Made by a program: the position numbers and the translations under genes. From contig CM035356.1 in NCBI GenBank assembly GCA_020137815.1, positions 4,836,001 to 4,900,000 on the forward strand: 64,000 nucleotides of DNA, written 5' to 3'. The first letter of the stretch is position 1. Every line of letters begins with the position of its first letter. Positions 1 through 14,082 of the stretch are shown here, in pieces. Below the pieces are notes generated by a model. It had not been told where the DNA came from, searched no databases, and saw only the letters and a program-made list of their open reading frames with translations. The DNA comes from Hormiphora californensis (taxonomy: Eukaryota; Animalia; Ctenophora).

Positions 1-1208
1 ATTTATGTTTCACGTTTAATTGATTGAATAACTCAAATCGATGGTAACAACACTTGGCGTATTGGCGTAAATGAGAAAGGAGATAATTTTTAGTGTATAT
101 ATCTTTTTTTCTGTCAGTTTCACTGTTTTTCAGGCAAATGAACCCACTGAATGCATGCACAGATCACGTACATGATCTTGTATCTGCACTTTAATAGGTT
201 CTTATTGGGTAACAACAACACATGGTAGTACGTGGTCAACTGGCTGTGACCCCTTACTCAACAACTAACCAACTGGCTGTTCATGTTTTTCTCATTAATG
301 TTAAAACCAGGCGGGTCCAGAGCAATGCAATCAACAAGGGCCGGGGACATATTATAGGGTCACGCTCACAAGAACCTGCATCGCTTCATACACAGCAGCA
401 GAGTCAAAGGATGAACTGTAGCCGATTGTAACAAGGTAAAAGAGATGAAATGGGGATCACTGAAACGTATAGATGGAACGAGACACATGTGTAATTGTAG
501 TGCAGGATCATATAGATCATGACATCACATCACTTGTACACTGCACACGTGCACATGCTGCTGCAGATGGTACGTGACGTAGCGGGGATATTATAAGGAG
601 GGGGGCTGGGGGAGAGCACTCCCGTAACTAGTCCGTGATAGTAATTAGAACGGTCCAAGCTGATAATACTTGAATTAATCCGCTCTTGCGTCTAAGAATA
701 AATGTATTTTCTCACATAATGTGAACATCATGTGGTCATATACTGACTAATACGTCATCTTGACAGCTTTGTAATTACATTTATAATTATTTAAACATTT
801 ATAATAACATCAGCTATATGGAGGAAATCTAGTTCTTGTACTGTGCATTCCTGTATTGGTGTACTATTCGTGATGAACAAAAACCTAAGATAACTTGCAG
901 ATACATTTCATTGCAATATTGGTTACATCTAAATTCTTAACTAACCAACTAAACTCTTGACTCATATAAGACCGTCCTCAATTCCCACCGGGCCGGGGTG
1001 TGATGTATAACAGTCAGTGCCTGACAACTAAACTCATGGACTATGTTCATGTTCCTATAATTAAATTAATTGCCAAACTATGGGGTGAATTATATTGTCA
1101 TTGTACCCAATAGGGGTTAATGCCCATGGCAACCGTTCGGCGTTCACGCCCATGGCAACCGCTCTTATCAAATCAAATAAAAAATGGTATGTTAATAGTT
1201 ATTGTTAC

Positions 1209-1320
1209 CTGAACCTGATCCTCCACCTGCATCTTCCTCAACTTTCTGCTTAACTTTCCCATCTTTAGTCACGTGATAAACCATCTCAGGGGGCTCCCAC
1301 TTTCTAGCTTTCCTTGGCAT
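1209..1320 (-). CDS. possible first coding exon of an unidentified gene (MPRKARKWEPPEMVYHVTKDGKVKQKVEEDAGGGSGS)
   Basis: ATG at 1320, open frame to a CAG|GTAAC donor at 1208; no recognisable family. Confidence 0.3.
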
Positions 1321-1657
1321 CTTGTACTGTTGCTATTGACAACCCTTCGTTGCTATGGGTGACTGTTAAACTCTGCTTCACTTTAGTTATGAATTAGTTA
1401 CCAGATTGGTCGACACAAATTATCACAATAGCACAAAGGAGAAATGGTATGATTCAAACTGTGAAGCAACTGTTATTGTATATCTGCCTATAAAAAGCAC
1501 TGAAACAATAGTGCATCTTCGGGAGTGATAAAATTAATGAGAAAAGGAAAATAGAGGGAGAATCTGGGAGAGATGTTTTTTTAAAGCCGGCAGCTACGAA
1601 AATGAGTGCGAATCAAAGAGAACAAAACAATGAAGTCTGAGATGAAAAAGGGATGGA

Positions 1658-1800
<143 letters not shown>

Positions 1801-2546
1801 ACGGAAACAGGAAAAACAAGGCCTGTACTTACTACAACAAGTCATGACAAAGTTCAAACAAATTTAGTTCTTCCAAGGACAGGTATTTTAGTTGTATTTT
1901 AATTAGACTGCAGTAGTATCCGACAGCATAATAAATGATGATGGCATTCAATGTGACATATATGATGAGGTACAGGACCCGTCCTATAAACAATGAAATA
2001 ATTAAATGGTTGCAATTCAGATACGTCACAATTGTAATGAGCAGATCATACTGCAACCTTGATATGTTCTAACCCTCCCTTTTACATTTTACTTTACATT
2101 TGCTCGCGAAAGGCAGTCTAGATCTAGCTTGGCAAAATGCAACCATGTTGAGGTGAGAGATGAGAGGTTTACTAGATTCCGACACTCGAGTATATCAGTA
2201 CCAAGCTATATCCTTTACTATCATATGCAGGGCATAAGGAAGATATATAGAAAATGTCTGAGGACTAAGATGGGGACGTTGGCAATGTAATAATGAAAAA
2301 TACTTTTATGACAACAACTTTTATTGCAACAACTTTTATTGCAACAACTTTTATTGTCATAATATAACACATGATATCCAAAGACGTTGTGATATGCAGG
2401 CATATCATATGCAGGCATATCATATCCGAAACTGCAGACTTTACAAAGATATGCTATATAAATCATTTGACTGGTCTAGAAATTGGTGGAGAAATTGGTG
2501 GAGAAATTGGTGAATAAATTGGTCTATCATATCATTTGGTCTAGCA

Positions 2547-2900
2547 ATTGGTCTAGAAATCTATTACAGAATATTTTAAGAATCAATTACCCAAAAGAGA
2601 ATAAGGATCGGTTGATTGTTTATTAGCCGCATATCAGTGAGGAAATTTTGTTTTCTCCTTCCGGCTGGACAAAATGAGTAGACGGGGTTTTTATTGTAGA
2701 ACGGCCCGTCTACTCATTTTGTCCAGCCGGAAGGAAAGAAAACAAAACTTCCTCACTGCTAATAAACAATCAACCGATCCTTATTCTCTTTTGGGTTATT
2801 CTGTAATAGATTTCTAGACCAATTTCTAGGCCGTTCTACAATAAAAACCCCGTCTACTCATTTTGTCCAGCCGGAAGGAAAGAAAACAAAACTTCCTCAT
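2547..2900. repeat. imperfect ~280-bp inverted repeat plus a third partial copy (degenerate MITE-like)
   Basis: 2547-2690 is the reverse complement of ~2705-2823; the core is repeated again at 2829-2900. Confidence 0.7.
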
Positions 2901-3534
2901 CAATAACCCAAACAAACTGTGTAACTTACTGAGCGTTGCAAGGGAGCTGAGAAGATCCAATGAGTTCTGACAGGGTGAAACTCCTTCCTGATCCCCATCC
3001 ATGATAGGTTCATCTAGTGCCATGCTATATCGGGGGGTGTTTGTTGTTTAGTTACGATGATTCAAGGAATCAAGGATGAGATTAGTGTTTGTTGTTTAGT
3101 TACAACTGATAAAGAGAGAGAGCTGTCACGCCTCTGTTTAGTTAGAAGAAAAAGAAGCAAAAATGTCTTCATGCATTCGAACAAGATCAAACTAGAAGGG
3201 GAAAAAAACCGTCGATAAATGCTTTGAAAAACAGAGTCTGATCAAAGCCACTTTGATAAACGGTCGGTGTCGCATGGTCCCTATAATAATGATCCAAAAA
3301 AGAGATATTTTCAATTAAAAAGGGTCGGGTCGCTTCAACTAGAAGCAGACCAAACTTCAATCAAAATCATTAAGACTGAAAGATATCCCAATTACCTAGT
3401 ATTATAGAGATCGATATACGACTAAACAGCTTTTAAATGACACACAAAGCTGCCGTTTCCATACTCGATTGTTAGTCGCCATAATTATCTACACAAATGA
3501 TCTAAACACACATGTTACAGCTTACTTGACCCTG

Positions 3535-3638
<104 letters not shown>

Positions 3639-4572
3639 CCCCTCACGGATTTAACAGTTTACCACAGATGTTTATTGGAAGTGACATATAATTGGGGCAA
3701 TGATCTTATACTGGGAGGGTATAATTATGTGATATGATCAACTGCAGCAGAAGACTTGTCAAATAATTTCAACTAAATATATCGCTTACCGTCATTCACG
3801 TAGTTTTATGAAAGACAAGTATTGGATGTTCAAATCGTGTATGTGTGATGGGTATAATGACCCATCATGAAAACTGGAAATGAAAACCAAGAAGGCGCCC
3901 AAAACCCAAGAGCTACTTAAAAACATGCTGCCGCGTCACCAAACCAGTGGAAAAGCTGAGAGGGTCGAATGAGAAGAAATTGAAGTTTTGCACAGCTGCT
4001 AAGGTGTGCACGTGCAGCTAGGAAACCTTGAAAGAAAAACAAGTTACAAAAAAGATCTCCTTATAACTGCGTTCCAGCTATTATATCAACTAACTTCCTA
4101 TACAGAGCTGTAATAGTGATCGTTACAAAGTTGTTCCTCTTCCACGTGGAGCATACAAACATTGCAGCTACAGCGTGGTCTAATTATAAATCACGTCCCC
4201 TATACGTTAGGGAGCGGATCACGGATGTAGGTTCCTGACACTGACTCGTACCGTAATCGGGAAGGTAATATTGAATCAATGTTTTGTTCCGTCTATTATT
4301 AGTTGTGACATCAATTACTAATTGATATCACAATTAAAAATAGACGGAACAAAGCATATTCCAGTGTATGATTTGAATCAATGAAGTGATTCTGCAGGCT
4401 GCTCGACAGGTTGATGGGAGCTTGTATGCTGGCTACTGGTATGAAGTAGAAGTGAGGAAGCAGAATTAGTGAGGGAATATCGCGCAATTAGGCATTGTCG
4501 ACAAAGCCGCTACTGTTCCTGAATTCATCAATTAGATCATCAATTTAATTAAAATGATATAATTGATATTTA

Positions 4573-4706
4573 CAATAACAAACACGAGTGTTTTAGAAAA
4601 CAATTGTTTCACTACTAGTAGCCTGGTAGATCATCAGGGAACTGATGATCTACCAGGCTACTAGTAGTGAAACAATTGTTTTCTAAAACACTCGTGTTTG
4701 TTATTG
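4573..4706. mobile_element. perfect hairpin MITE flanked by TA (Tc1/mariner-like target)
   Basis: 67-bp perfect arms (4571-4637 / 4642-4708, counting the TA) around a GGAA loop. Confidence 0.75.
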
Positions 4707-4793
4707 TACAGTACTCCAGGAAAATTTCATTGCCCTGTCGAGTTCTCCTGAGGACGCAATCCCCACAAATCACAGTAATTGATATTTATATAA

Positions 4794-5281
4794 TCATACT
4801 ACTTACTAAGCAAATTGTGTAACGGTGATCACCTAGCAACTACACTTGCACGTGCAATTATTAGAGTGACCTGGAGATCTCTCTCCCGGTTGAAGCTGGC
4901 TACCAAGGGGAAATTCAATTCTGCACGTGCATTCTTTTACTTCTGTCCTGAATCCTGATGTCTTCCACCTCAAGCGCTATTCGGCAACGGTTATATGGAC
5001 CCAGAAGATCTGCAGATCTGCTGCTGTCAGAGAGCAGGCAAGAGAATATGACAGATTACGCCAACGTGTTCAAGCGAGCCAATCAACGACTACGGATAGC
5101 TTTACCCAACGTCGCCCAACTAGAGTAATCACCCTTGGGCGGCCCAACAACATGAGTAGGAAGATAGTGAGAGATAGGCTAGGAACGGATGGTGCAGGTG
5201 ATGTCAGCGTTCCCTAATCATAATGGCTAATCTAGCTACCATTTCCCCGAAATTCGCCCGTAGGGCGAACGGGCCTACTAG
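4794..5281 (+). mobile_element. non-autonomous Helitron
   Basis: A|TC 5' end (TCATACTAC...), 3' hairpin GCCCG...CGGGC then CTAG|T; both ends are shared with the copy at 9704-10299. Confidence 0.75.
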
Positions 5282-6999
5282 TTGATATTTATTCATAAAA
5301 GGAGAAATTACAAATCATCAAATGCATTCAAACTCGCCTGAAGTTATCTTTCTAATTCTACTACCTCCGTATTAATTCAAAGCTAGGAGACTTCAATTGA
5401 GATGTATTAGAACCATCTAGAATATGGCCGGTGCCAAAGAGAAAAGATAGACTGACAAACAGCTTTGGAGAGAGAATAGATCGAAGAAATAGAGATCCAC
5501 ATGGATAAAAAGCTGTGCCATTATTGCCCCTTACTATAGGGAATAAATTTAACTATTCAACTATAAAATGATCCGTATTTCTCTCTCTTAGAGAAAGACC
5601 AAGCCTAAAATTATAATCCTGACCGACTAGGAATAATTGTAGGTACACTTAGGATAATAATTCTCAATTGAATACAGCAGTGAAGTTGACTACATATATA
5701 GACGTATTATAGGCGTATTATAGACGTATTATAGACGTATACGGTGGCAGATTCCGGCCAAGAGTTTTTTCAATCAAGTGAAATATTTTTGTTAGAAGTT
5801 TTATAAAAAATGTGGCAGGTGCACAGTTGCTCGACAGTCTATTTCTGGCTGCTATTTCTGGCTGCTATTTCTGGCTGCTAGACCTATTTCTGGCTGCTAA
5901 ATCTATTTCTGGCTGCAAGCAGCCAGAAATAGGGTCTAGCAGCCAGAAATAGATTTTAGCAGCCAGAAACAGATCGTGATCAGAGTTCCCCGCCAATTGT
6001 CTTGCTATAAACAGTGTTTATGACGGTGGAGACGGTGGAGGCGGAGTACAGGCTGGATGTTGAGGTAGGAAAAGAGTCGGAGACGGCGGAGGTGGTAGGT
6101 ATTCAGGGACTGGAGGGAAAGGGACAGGCGGAACCGCTAAGACTTCATCCTCAGGTATAGGAGTGGTAGATGCTGGCTGATGAGAGCGCTGGTCCAGATC
6201 GAGTATGGTGTAGTCCTCAGTCGGGCGCTGCTGCTGGACGTGTTGGCGAGGAAGATGGTGGTCGCATATGAACTGGTCCACTATGGTCCTCTCGATGTGC
6301 GTATTCGGGTCCAGGTTTACGGTCCTCGATACCTCACAGGGACACAGATCGAAACGCCACAGGATCCGGAGCGGAGATGTGGGCCTGTTTAGAGGGAGGC
6401 CTGAAGCTGGTGTCTTCCCTCCGTACAGGGCATACCGAATCACTTCACCGATTCGTCTCCCGTATCCCATACCCAATTAGCTGCAGATACGGGAGACGAA
6501 TCGGTGAATTGATTTGGTATCTGCAGCTAATTCGGTATGGCCATACCCAATTAGCTGCAGATACCAAATCACTTCACCGATTCGTCTCCCGTATCTGCAG
6601 CTAATTGGGTATGGGATACGGGAGACGAATCGGTGAAGTGATTCGGTATCCCCTGTATGGAGGAAAGACGAATCGGTGAAGTGATTTGGTATCTGCAGCT
6701 AATTAGGTATGGCCAATGGGTGTGCTATTTCAAATTTTTTTCGACTAGGCCATTCAGTATCTAGCTGATGTGAAACTATGGACAATTCTCTATCACATCA
6801 GCAAAACAGAATCGGGATAGTGTTTGTCAGTTACGTTGGCATCGCGATTTAAAAAGTGTAGTTTTTAACCGAAAAATGGTAGAAACAGAAAAATATGTGT
6901 GATTTTCACCAGTTTTTGACATGTTCTTGATATCAACTTTTTATGGTCAGGATTGTGTTCAGCACCTCAAAACTGACAGGAATGGATATGCATCATTAA

Positions 7000-9480
7000 C
7001 CCTTTAAGGGCGAGAAGGATTGGCTCCATAGATTTTTCTAATTTTTCGTTTATAAGTAGATATTATTACCACAAACTACCTCGAAAAAGAAATTTGAAGT
7101 TTCGACATGTAGTTTTTGCTGGGCCCACTGTGTCATATATGACTCTATCGTCCGTAAGGGAATTCTAGTAACAAATGTCATTTGTGCAAAAGTATGGGTC
7201 CAATAGTCAAATTTTATGCTTTGAGGCAGTCTATAGCTATAATTTCTACAATCTTGAACGGTTTTTACTAGAAAAATACCCCAAATTCTACATTTTGTAT
7301 CATATATGACTCTATCGTCCCAATTGGTAAATTCTCCAAAAACATCCATAACTCGGGCTAGAAAAGGAGCTAAGAGTCAAATCAGGGCACTAAACTGTGT
7401 AGAATCATCGCATTAGTGGGGGTAGAGCACATATTTAGGTCGCTATCTTGCCCCCTAATTGAGATAATTGGATAATTAGCCAATTATCTGTCCCACGCAT
7501 GCTAATAAATGAAACTTTGCTTTGGGAAGGAGTTATGAGGCAAATGGGGGCACTAAAATGTGTAGAATCATCACATTAGTGGGGTTAGAGCACATATTTA
7601 GGTCTCTATCTGGACCCCTAATTGAGATAATTGGATAATTAGCTAATTAGTTGCCCTCCAGCGCTAAAAAATTAAATTTGGCGGAGTATACAAGACAAAT
7701 GGGGGCACTAAAATGTGTAAAATCGTCGCCTTAGTGGGGGCAGAGCACATAGCTGAGTTTCTATTCCCGCTCCTAATTGAGATAATTGGATAATTAGCTA
7801 ATTGACGGTTGCATAATGCCCCCTTTTCACCATATACCGTGGTTTCTGGCTAATCCTGAGCTCTTTTGTTCAATCTAAGGATCTTTTGGCATCCCTTTAC
7901 CCCATTTGTATCACCTTTGACTCGTTTTACACAATAATATAGCACTCTATACAACCCTAGACGCCGACTTCAGCTCTGTACAACCCCCTTGCTTCATCCT
8001 ACTCCTAGCTAGACCTCTCATACACCATACTAAACGCCTTCTACAGATCATCTTTATTTCCGATGGAGTTCATGAGAAGTTTCCTTAGTGGCAAATGAGA
8101 TTGTGAGAGTGATGAGGAGAAATAATGTAGGGGGAATCTAAACTGTGTGTCCAATAATAAAATGGGAAACTGTAGTACATTAGGGGTTGAACGTCTTGTA
8201 GGAGCAATAGGATATCCCAAAAAAATCGGTTAGGAAGGTGTATGGATCTCGAAATTATGAGAGGTCTAGGATTAAGCAAGAGGGTTCTAAAGAGCTGAAG
8301 GCGGTGTCTAGGGTTGTATAGAGTGCTATATTAGTGTGTAAAACGAGTCAAAGGTGATACAAATGGGGTAAAGGGATGCCAAAAGATCCTTAGATTGAAC
8401 AAAAGAGCTCAGGATTAGCCAGAAACCACGGTATATGGTGAAAAGGGGGCATTATGCAACCGTCAATTAGCTAATTATCCAATTATCTCAATTAGGAGCG
8501 GGAATAGAAACTCAGCTATGTGCTCTGCCCCCACTAAGGCGACGATTTTACACATTTTAGTGCCCCCATTTGTCTTGTATACTCCGCCAAATTTAATTTT
8601 TTAGCGCTGGAGGGCAACTAATTAGCTAATTATCCAATTATCTCAATTAGGGGTCCAGATAGAGACCTAAATATGTGCTCTAACCCCACTAATGTGATGA
8701 TTCTACACATTTTAGTGCCCCCATTTGCCTCATAACTCCTTCCCAAAGCAAAGTTTCATTTATTAGCATGCGCGGGGACAGATAATTGGCTAATTATCCA
8801 ATTATCTCAATTAGGGGGCAAGATAGCGACCTAAATATGTGCTCTACCCCCACTAATGCGATGATTCTACACAGTTTAGTGCCCTGATTTGACTCTTAGC
8901 TCCTTTTCTAGCCCGAGTTATGGATGTTTTTGGAGAATTTACCAATTGGGACGATAGAGTCATATATGATACAAAATGTAGAATTTGGGGTATTTTTCTA
9001 GTAAAAACCGTTCAAGATTGTAGAAATTATAGCTATAGACTGCCTCAAAGCATAAAATTTGACTATTGGACCCATACTTTTGCACAAATGACATTTGTTA
9101 CTAGAATTCCCTTACGGACGATAGAGTCATATATGATACAACGACTAAAACGTTAATAACTCATTCAATTTTCAATATTTTTTGATGCGGTTTTTTGCAT
9201 TCGTTTTGTTATGTCACGTAGTTTTATCCCTTCAAAGGATTATTTGTGCCCCTCAAAAACAAAAATTTGAGAGGGTTTTTTAAAAAAAGGCCTAAATTAG
9301 CCTCCCGAGAAGGGCCATAAAAAAATTTCTTCGATTTTACGAGCAGATTTGGACGTGGTTTTGGGTTCAAAATCCCTAAAACTAGCTTGTGACAAAAAAT
9401 TAGCCACCTAGACATCATGTAGCGCCTTCCAGACGATCTAGAATGGACCGTGTCATATATGACCTATCGCCCTCAAAGGG
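7000..9480. mobile_element. piggyBac-like non-autonomous fold-back element C
   Basis: TTAA|CCCTTT...AAAGGG|TTAA; internal ~850-bp inverted arms (7131-7980 vs 8290-9140); related copy at 35938-37882. Confidence 0.85.
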
Positions 9481-9703
9481 TTAAATGATGCTAAAGTTCA
9501 TTTTGACCTAAAAATGTTCATTTTTGACAAAAAATGTTCATTTTGGACATTTTCTTCAATTTTGAGAGCTTTTTCATCAACGGGATCGTGTTCCGCAGGC
9601 CAAAATTAGTCGATTACAACCGAAATTTGCTTTCCACCAAGAAAAAACTAAAAAAATTAAAATTTGTCCCCACGATTCTGCAAGTTGGTAAAATTAGCAA
9701 TAA

Positions 9704-10299
9704 TCATACTATTATTAAAGCAAATAGGGAAATCCCATGTCCCGTTTTTTAACCAAATATGGCACAAAATTCCTGGAAATGGCCTTTTGCACGTGTTGTC
9801 CCTGGACCCTGGCAACCTGCCAGCTTGAGCCTTAAACTGCACGTGCATCCTTGATTCATCTCTCTGCCGGTTGTGTGATTTATCGTTTGCTCGATTTGAT
9901 CTGTTCACCACGTTTCTTGAACATGACTACTCAACTTCAACACAATCGCCAGCGAGTTTGGAGGACCCATATGTCCCAAACTGGCGCTGACGCCTATAGA
10001 CTACGTGATAGAATCCTACAAAAGAGGTGATTATTATTCAAAAAATGTTGTCAACACACGTCGGTAATAACAAAGTATCAATGGCACTAACAAGAAATGA
10101 CAGTAATACGTGAAAGTATTTTGCCAATGTACTCCTTCATAAAATACTTCAGGACCTGTCAAAAGAATCCCTTTGGTTAATTCACCTGATAAATCTACTG
10201 ATTTTAAAAATTTCAAATGATAATACACTATTTGCTTAGGTTACTGTATGACCATTGACCATCCCCGACATTCGCCCGTAGGGCGAGCGGGCTTACTAG
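9704..10299 (+). mobile_element. non-autonomous Helitron inserted in the (TAA)n tail of a LINE
   Basis: A|TCATACTA 5' end, GCCCG...CGGGC hairpin plus CTAG|T 3' end; related to 4794-5281. Confidence 0.75.
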
Positions 10300-11060
10300 T
10301 AATAATAATAATAATATCAAGTTTTGTATACCGCCACAGACACGACAGGGCCAGACAAGTCAAACTGTATCTGACACTGACGAGCTTCAGAGCGGTATAC
10401 CTAACGCAAAAAAGATCCTTATATTCTTACACACTTTGGAAAAAACTCACTCCTAATTGAAGATATACTAAAAAGATAACTGGTCACATAACTTACAAAA
10501 AACTGATAAGATGAAAAAATTACAGACTTTATTAAATAAAGGGGACAAAGCCAACAACCCACACTTATCAGCAGCTCAACAATACTGATAAAAAAGCCCT
10601 AAGTGAAAATGGTGAGCACGCCCAAGACCGCCTACTGACAGATGGGGAGTCCGGTGAACAACTCAGACGCCACACCGGGAGTCCTCAGGAGCAGCTGCTG
10701 GGAACGCTTCAAGAAAAAGTCTGGTCTTCAACTTAGATTTGAACAACTCAATGGGCTGTACAGATCTCAGGTCCAAAGGCAAGGAGTTCCAAACTGTCGG
10801 TAGAAACACCGAAACCCTCCTCCTCCTCAGTTTAGAGTTTGCATTAACGCTCGAGAGTTTAGGATATTTCAGTTTATAGAAGTCAATCACTGAATTCGCT
10901 CTCGTTGGTCTCATACCCAGAATATCCTCATCTCTAGGGACCAGTTCTTGTAAATACTCCGGAGCAGTTCCACGTACAATTTTGTACGCTAACAGGCAGG
11001 CCTTGAAGATCAGTCTCTGCTGTATTGGGAGGATATGAGCCTCCTTGAAATACTCATCAT
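10300..11060 (-). mobile_element. 5'-truncated LINE (CR1/L2-group ORF2 C-terminus, 3' UTR, (ATT)n tail)
   Basis: Translation LPIQQRLIFKACLLAYKIVRG...PEYL...WNSLPLDLR...FKSKLKTRLF is typical of L2/CR1-group ORF2 ends; simple-repeat tail at 10300-10316. Confidence 0.8.
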
Positions 11061-14000
11061 AGCTATCCTGATGTCAAGAAAAAAAAGGGAGAAAAACTTT
11101 TATTTTTGTTCATAAAGTGGATATCTGAAGGCTCAAACTGGAAGTAACAGTTGTATAAGTTGTCACGAGACGATTTGTATGTGTGTTTTGTTCGAAATAA
11201 CGCCCTAAAACAGACTTTTTGAAATGAATATGCCCATATATGGGCATAGCTCGTGCCAACGTAATTGGGCCATGGTAGAGCCAAAACTTTGTCATAAAAT
11301 GTTTTAGAATGATCGTAGGAGCTCATTTAACCCGATACCAAGTGAAATTTTGAATTAAATTAGGCATTTGAAAAAATAGCACACCATACCCAATTAGCTG
11401 CAGATACCAAATCACTTCACCGATTCGTCTCCCGTATCTGCAGCTAATTGGGTATGGGATACGGGAGACGAATCGGTGAAGTGATTCGGCATCCCCTGTA
11501 TGGAGGAAAGACACCAGCTTCAGGCCTCCCTCTAAACAGGCCCACATCTCCGCTCCGGATCCTGCGGCGTTTCGATCTGTGTGCCTGTGAGGTATCGAGG
11601 ACCGTAAACCTGGACCCGAATACGCACATCGAGAGGACCATAGTGGACCAGTTCATATGCGACCACCATCTTCCTCGCCAACACGTCCAGCAGCAGCGCC
11701 CGACTGAGGACTACACCATATTCGATCTGGACCAGTGCTCTCATCAGCCAGCATCTACCACTCCTATACCTGAGGATGAAGTCTTAGCGGTTCCGCTTGT
11801 CCCTTTCCCTCCAGTCCCTGAATACCTACCACCTCCGCCGTCTCCGACTCTTTTCCTACCTCAACATCCAGCCTGTACTCCGCCTCCACCGTCTCCACCG
11901 TCATAAACACTGTTTATAGCAAGACAATTGGCGGGGAACTCTGATCACGATCTGTTTCTGGCTGCTAAAATCTATTTCTGGCTGCTAGACCCTATTTCTG
12001 GCTGCTTGCAGCCAGAAATAGGTCTAGCAGCCAGAAATAGGTCTAGCAGCCAGAAATAGCAGCCAGAAATAGCAGCCAGAAATAGCAGCCAGAAATAGAC
12101 TGTCGAGCAACTGTGCACCTGCCAAAAATGTATTTCAAAATAAAAATAAACATGTCGTTGAAATTATTAGCCGGAATCTGCCACGCGAGTGGCAGATCTC
12201 GGCCAAGATTTTAAAAACCTTGGCCAGAATCTGCCAACCACGTGGCAGATTCCGGCCAACAAACTGAAACTTATTAATATCAAGGCAAAAACTTAACCGC
12301 TGTACCCGACTAATTTTGATACGCTGATTCACGTAAGCAACTTTTCCAATCCCTCAGAGGTCGGGAAAGTGTCCTAATTGAGCATAATAGGGTCTAATTG
12401 ACCCCACTTACAACTTTTCACCTGGAAACGATAGACGCTTATGTGAAGGCACTTTTCCGACTAATTTTGATACGCTGAATCACGTAAGCAACTTTTCCAA
12501 GCCCTCCGAGGTCGGGAATTCGCCCTAATTGAGCAATTAAGGCCAATTAGACCCAATTATACTGGACCCAATTATACTAGACCCAATTATACTGGCCAGA
12601 TTCTGGCCAAGGTGTTTTTAGAATCTTGGCCGAGATCTGCCACTCGCGTGGCAGATTCCGGCCAATAATTTCAACGACATGTTTATTTTTATTTTGAAAT
12701 AAATTTTTTATAAAACTTCAAACAAAAATATTTCACTTGATTGAAAAAAACTCTTGGCCGGAATCTGCCACCGTACATGTTAACGTATGGTGTGTGCGTC
12801 AAAATTGATAAATATCTCATTCGCGGTCATTTGGGGGTGACAAATTGAAAAAATCCGACTTTACCGGAGGCGGAATCGCCAATCGTGAATGATTTGTAGA
12901 CCAAGTTATTAAGATATTATGTAGCGCGCGAATTTCTTATGTTGAAAACGCAAGAGAGCGCGCGCGGTTATTTTACCCGCGCGCTCTTGATCGAATTCGA
13001 TGCGCCGTTTTATTGTCGAATTTTTTAATCAAGGGACGGCCAGCGTTAAAATCTGGGTGTTTTGGGAGTGCTGACAAACGGTTTTTTAGGGTTAGGGCTA
13101 AAGTAGGGTTAGGGCTGGGGTTTGGGTTGGGGTTAGGCCTTGACATTTAAGTATTGTTTAAACCTCTTTAGGAAACCGCTGATGTAAACTGTATATTTTC
13201 ACCTCTCAGCCTTGTATCACTTTTATTGGTGTATGGTGTAAGAGCGGGACGAAGTTATATATAAATTGTGTGACTTTGTGATAAATTGTGCATAAACTTA
13301 AACTTAAACATACTGGGCACACCTACGATGTAGTCCCCGTGGCCGTAAAAAACTTGGGGACTGCAGTGCATTCGGGTGTGACAGCACCCTCTTTTGCTCA
13401 TACAACGCCCAACGGCAAAAAACGGAAATAATTTTTGGAGCCCGTAAAATTTGATGAATCTGATGAACCATCGATAAAAAATGACTTTTGATAAACTTCT
13501 ATTTAGCATATCAGAAGGAATGTCTCTCCTAGAATCTGACTTGTCAATGGAGGCATCAGGAGACCCGGTGATACTCACTGCTTCTTCGACCTCACTTATA
13601 AGCAATCCCCATGTAAGTTCCCTTTTTCTCACTTCACAAATGACATTACTTTGCGGAGTAGATTTACAACACAAGATAACAGAATGAAGACAGAATGTAA
13701 ATCTCTATTTCTAGGACCTGCAAGAAGAGAGCTACTGTACAGGTGATCTAACACTCGACCCACCCGCCACGGCGTCCATCGAACAGGTGAGACATGCTTC
13801 CGGCCCCATATAATGTGATGTAAGCCATTGTACTCCGCAAACAATGCTATGACGCCGTCTATACTCCGCTCTTTTTTAGAGAAAATATATATGTTGTGTC
13901 TGCAGCTTCCCTTGGCTTTGTTGGTGCTATTCTGTTTTAACTCTTTCTCAGTTTTTTACACTTTTTCAGAGAAAGACTAATGATTCGTTGAGTTTTTTAA

Positions 14001-14082
14001 AGCTTCAAACATTTATATATCAGTGATCATGTTCTTTAATGTTTTATTTGCTCATTTGCATTAAGTTTGTCCAGCACCCAAA

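Larger units (their letters stand above)
5814..12123. mobile_element. long-TIR fold-back element B (8-bp TSD AAAAATGT, GGCAGGTGCAC termini)
   Basis: TSD at 5806-5813 and 12124-12131; ~750-900 bp inverted arms (5814-6740 vs 11365-12123) with subterminal CTATTTCTGGCTG repeats; no transposase. Confidence 0.85.
5742..12773. mobile_element. fold-back MITE family A (TA TSD, TIR CGGTGGCAGATTCCGGCCAAG), interrupted by nested elements
   Basis: TA|CGGTGG...CCACCG|TA; an uninterrupted relative lies at 25890-26859. Confidence 0.85.

Noticed and set aside
2930-3023. ATG-initiated frame with a GTAAG donor on the minus strand
   Set aside because: Could be an exon, but no partner exon or homology is evident
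13086-13137. Telomere-like TTAGGG variants
   Set aside because: Only a few degenerate units; not a telomeric array
13255-13844. Short ORFs upstream of ENaC1
   Set aside because: No recognisable motifs or consistent splice structure
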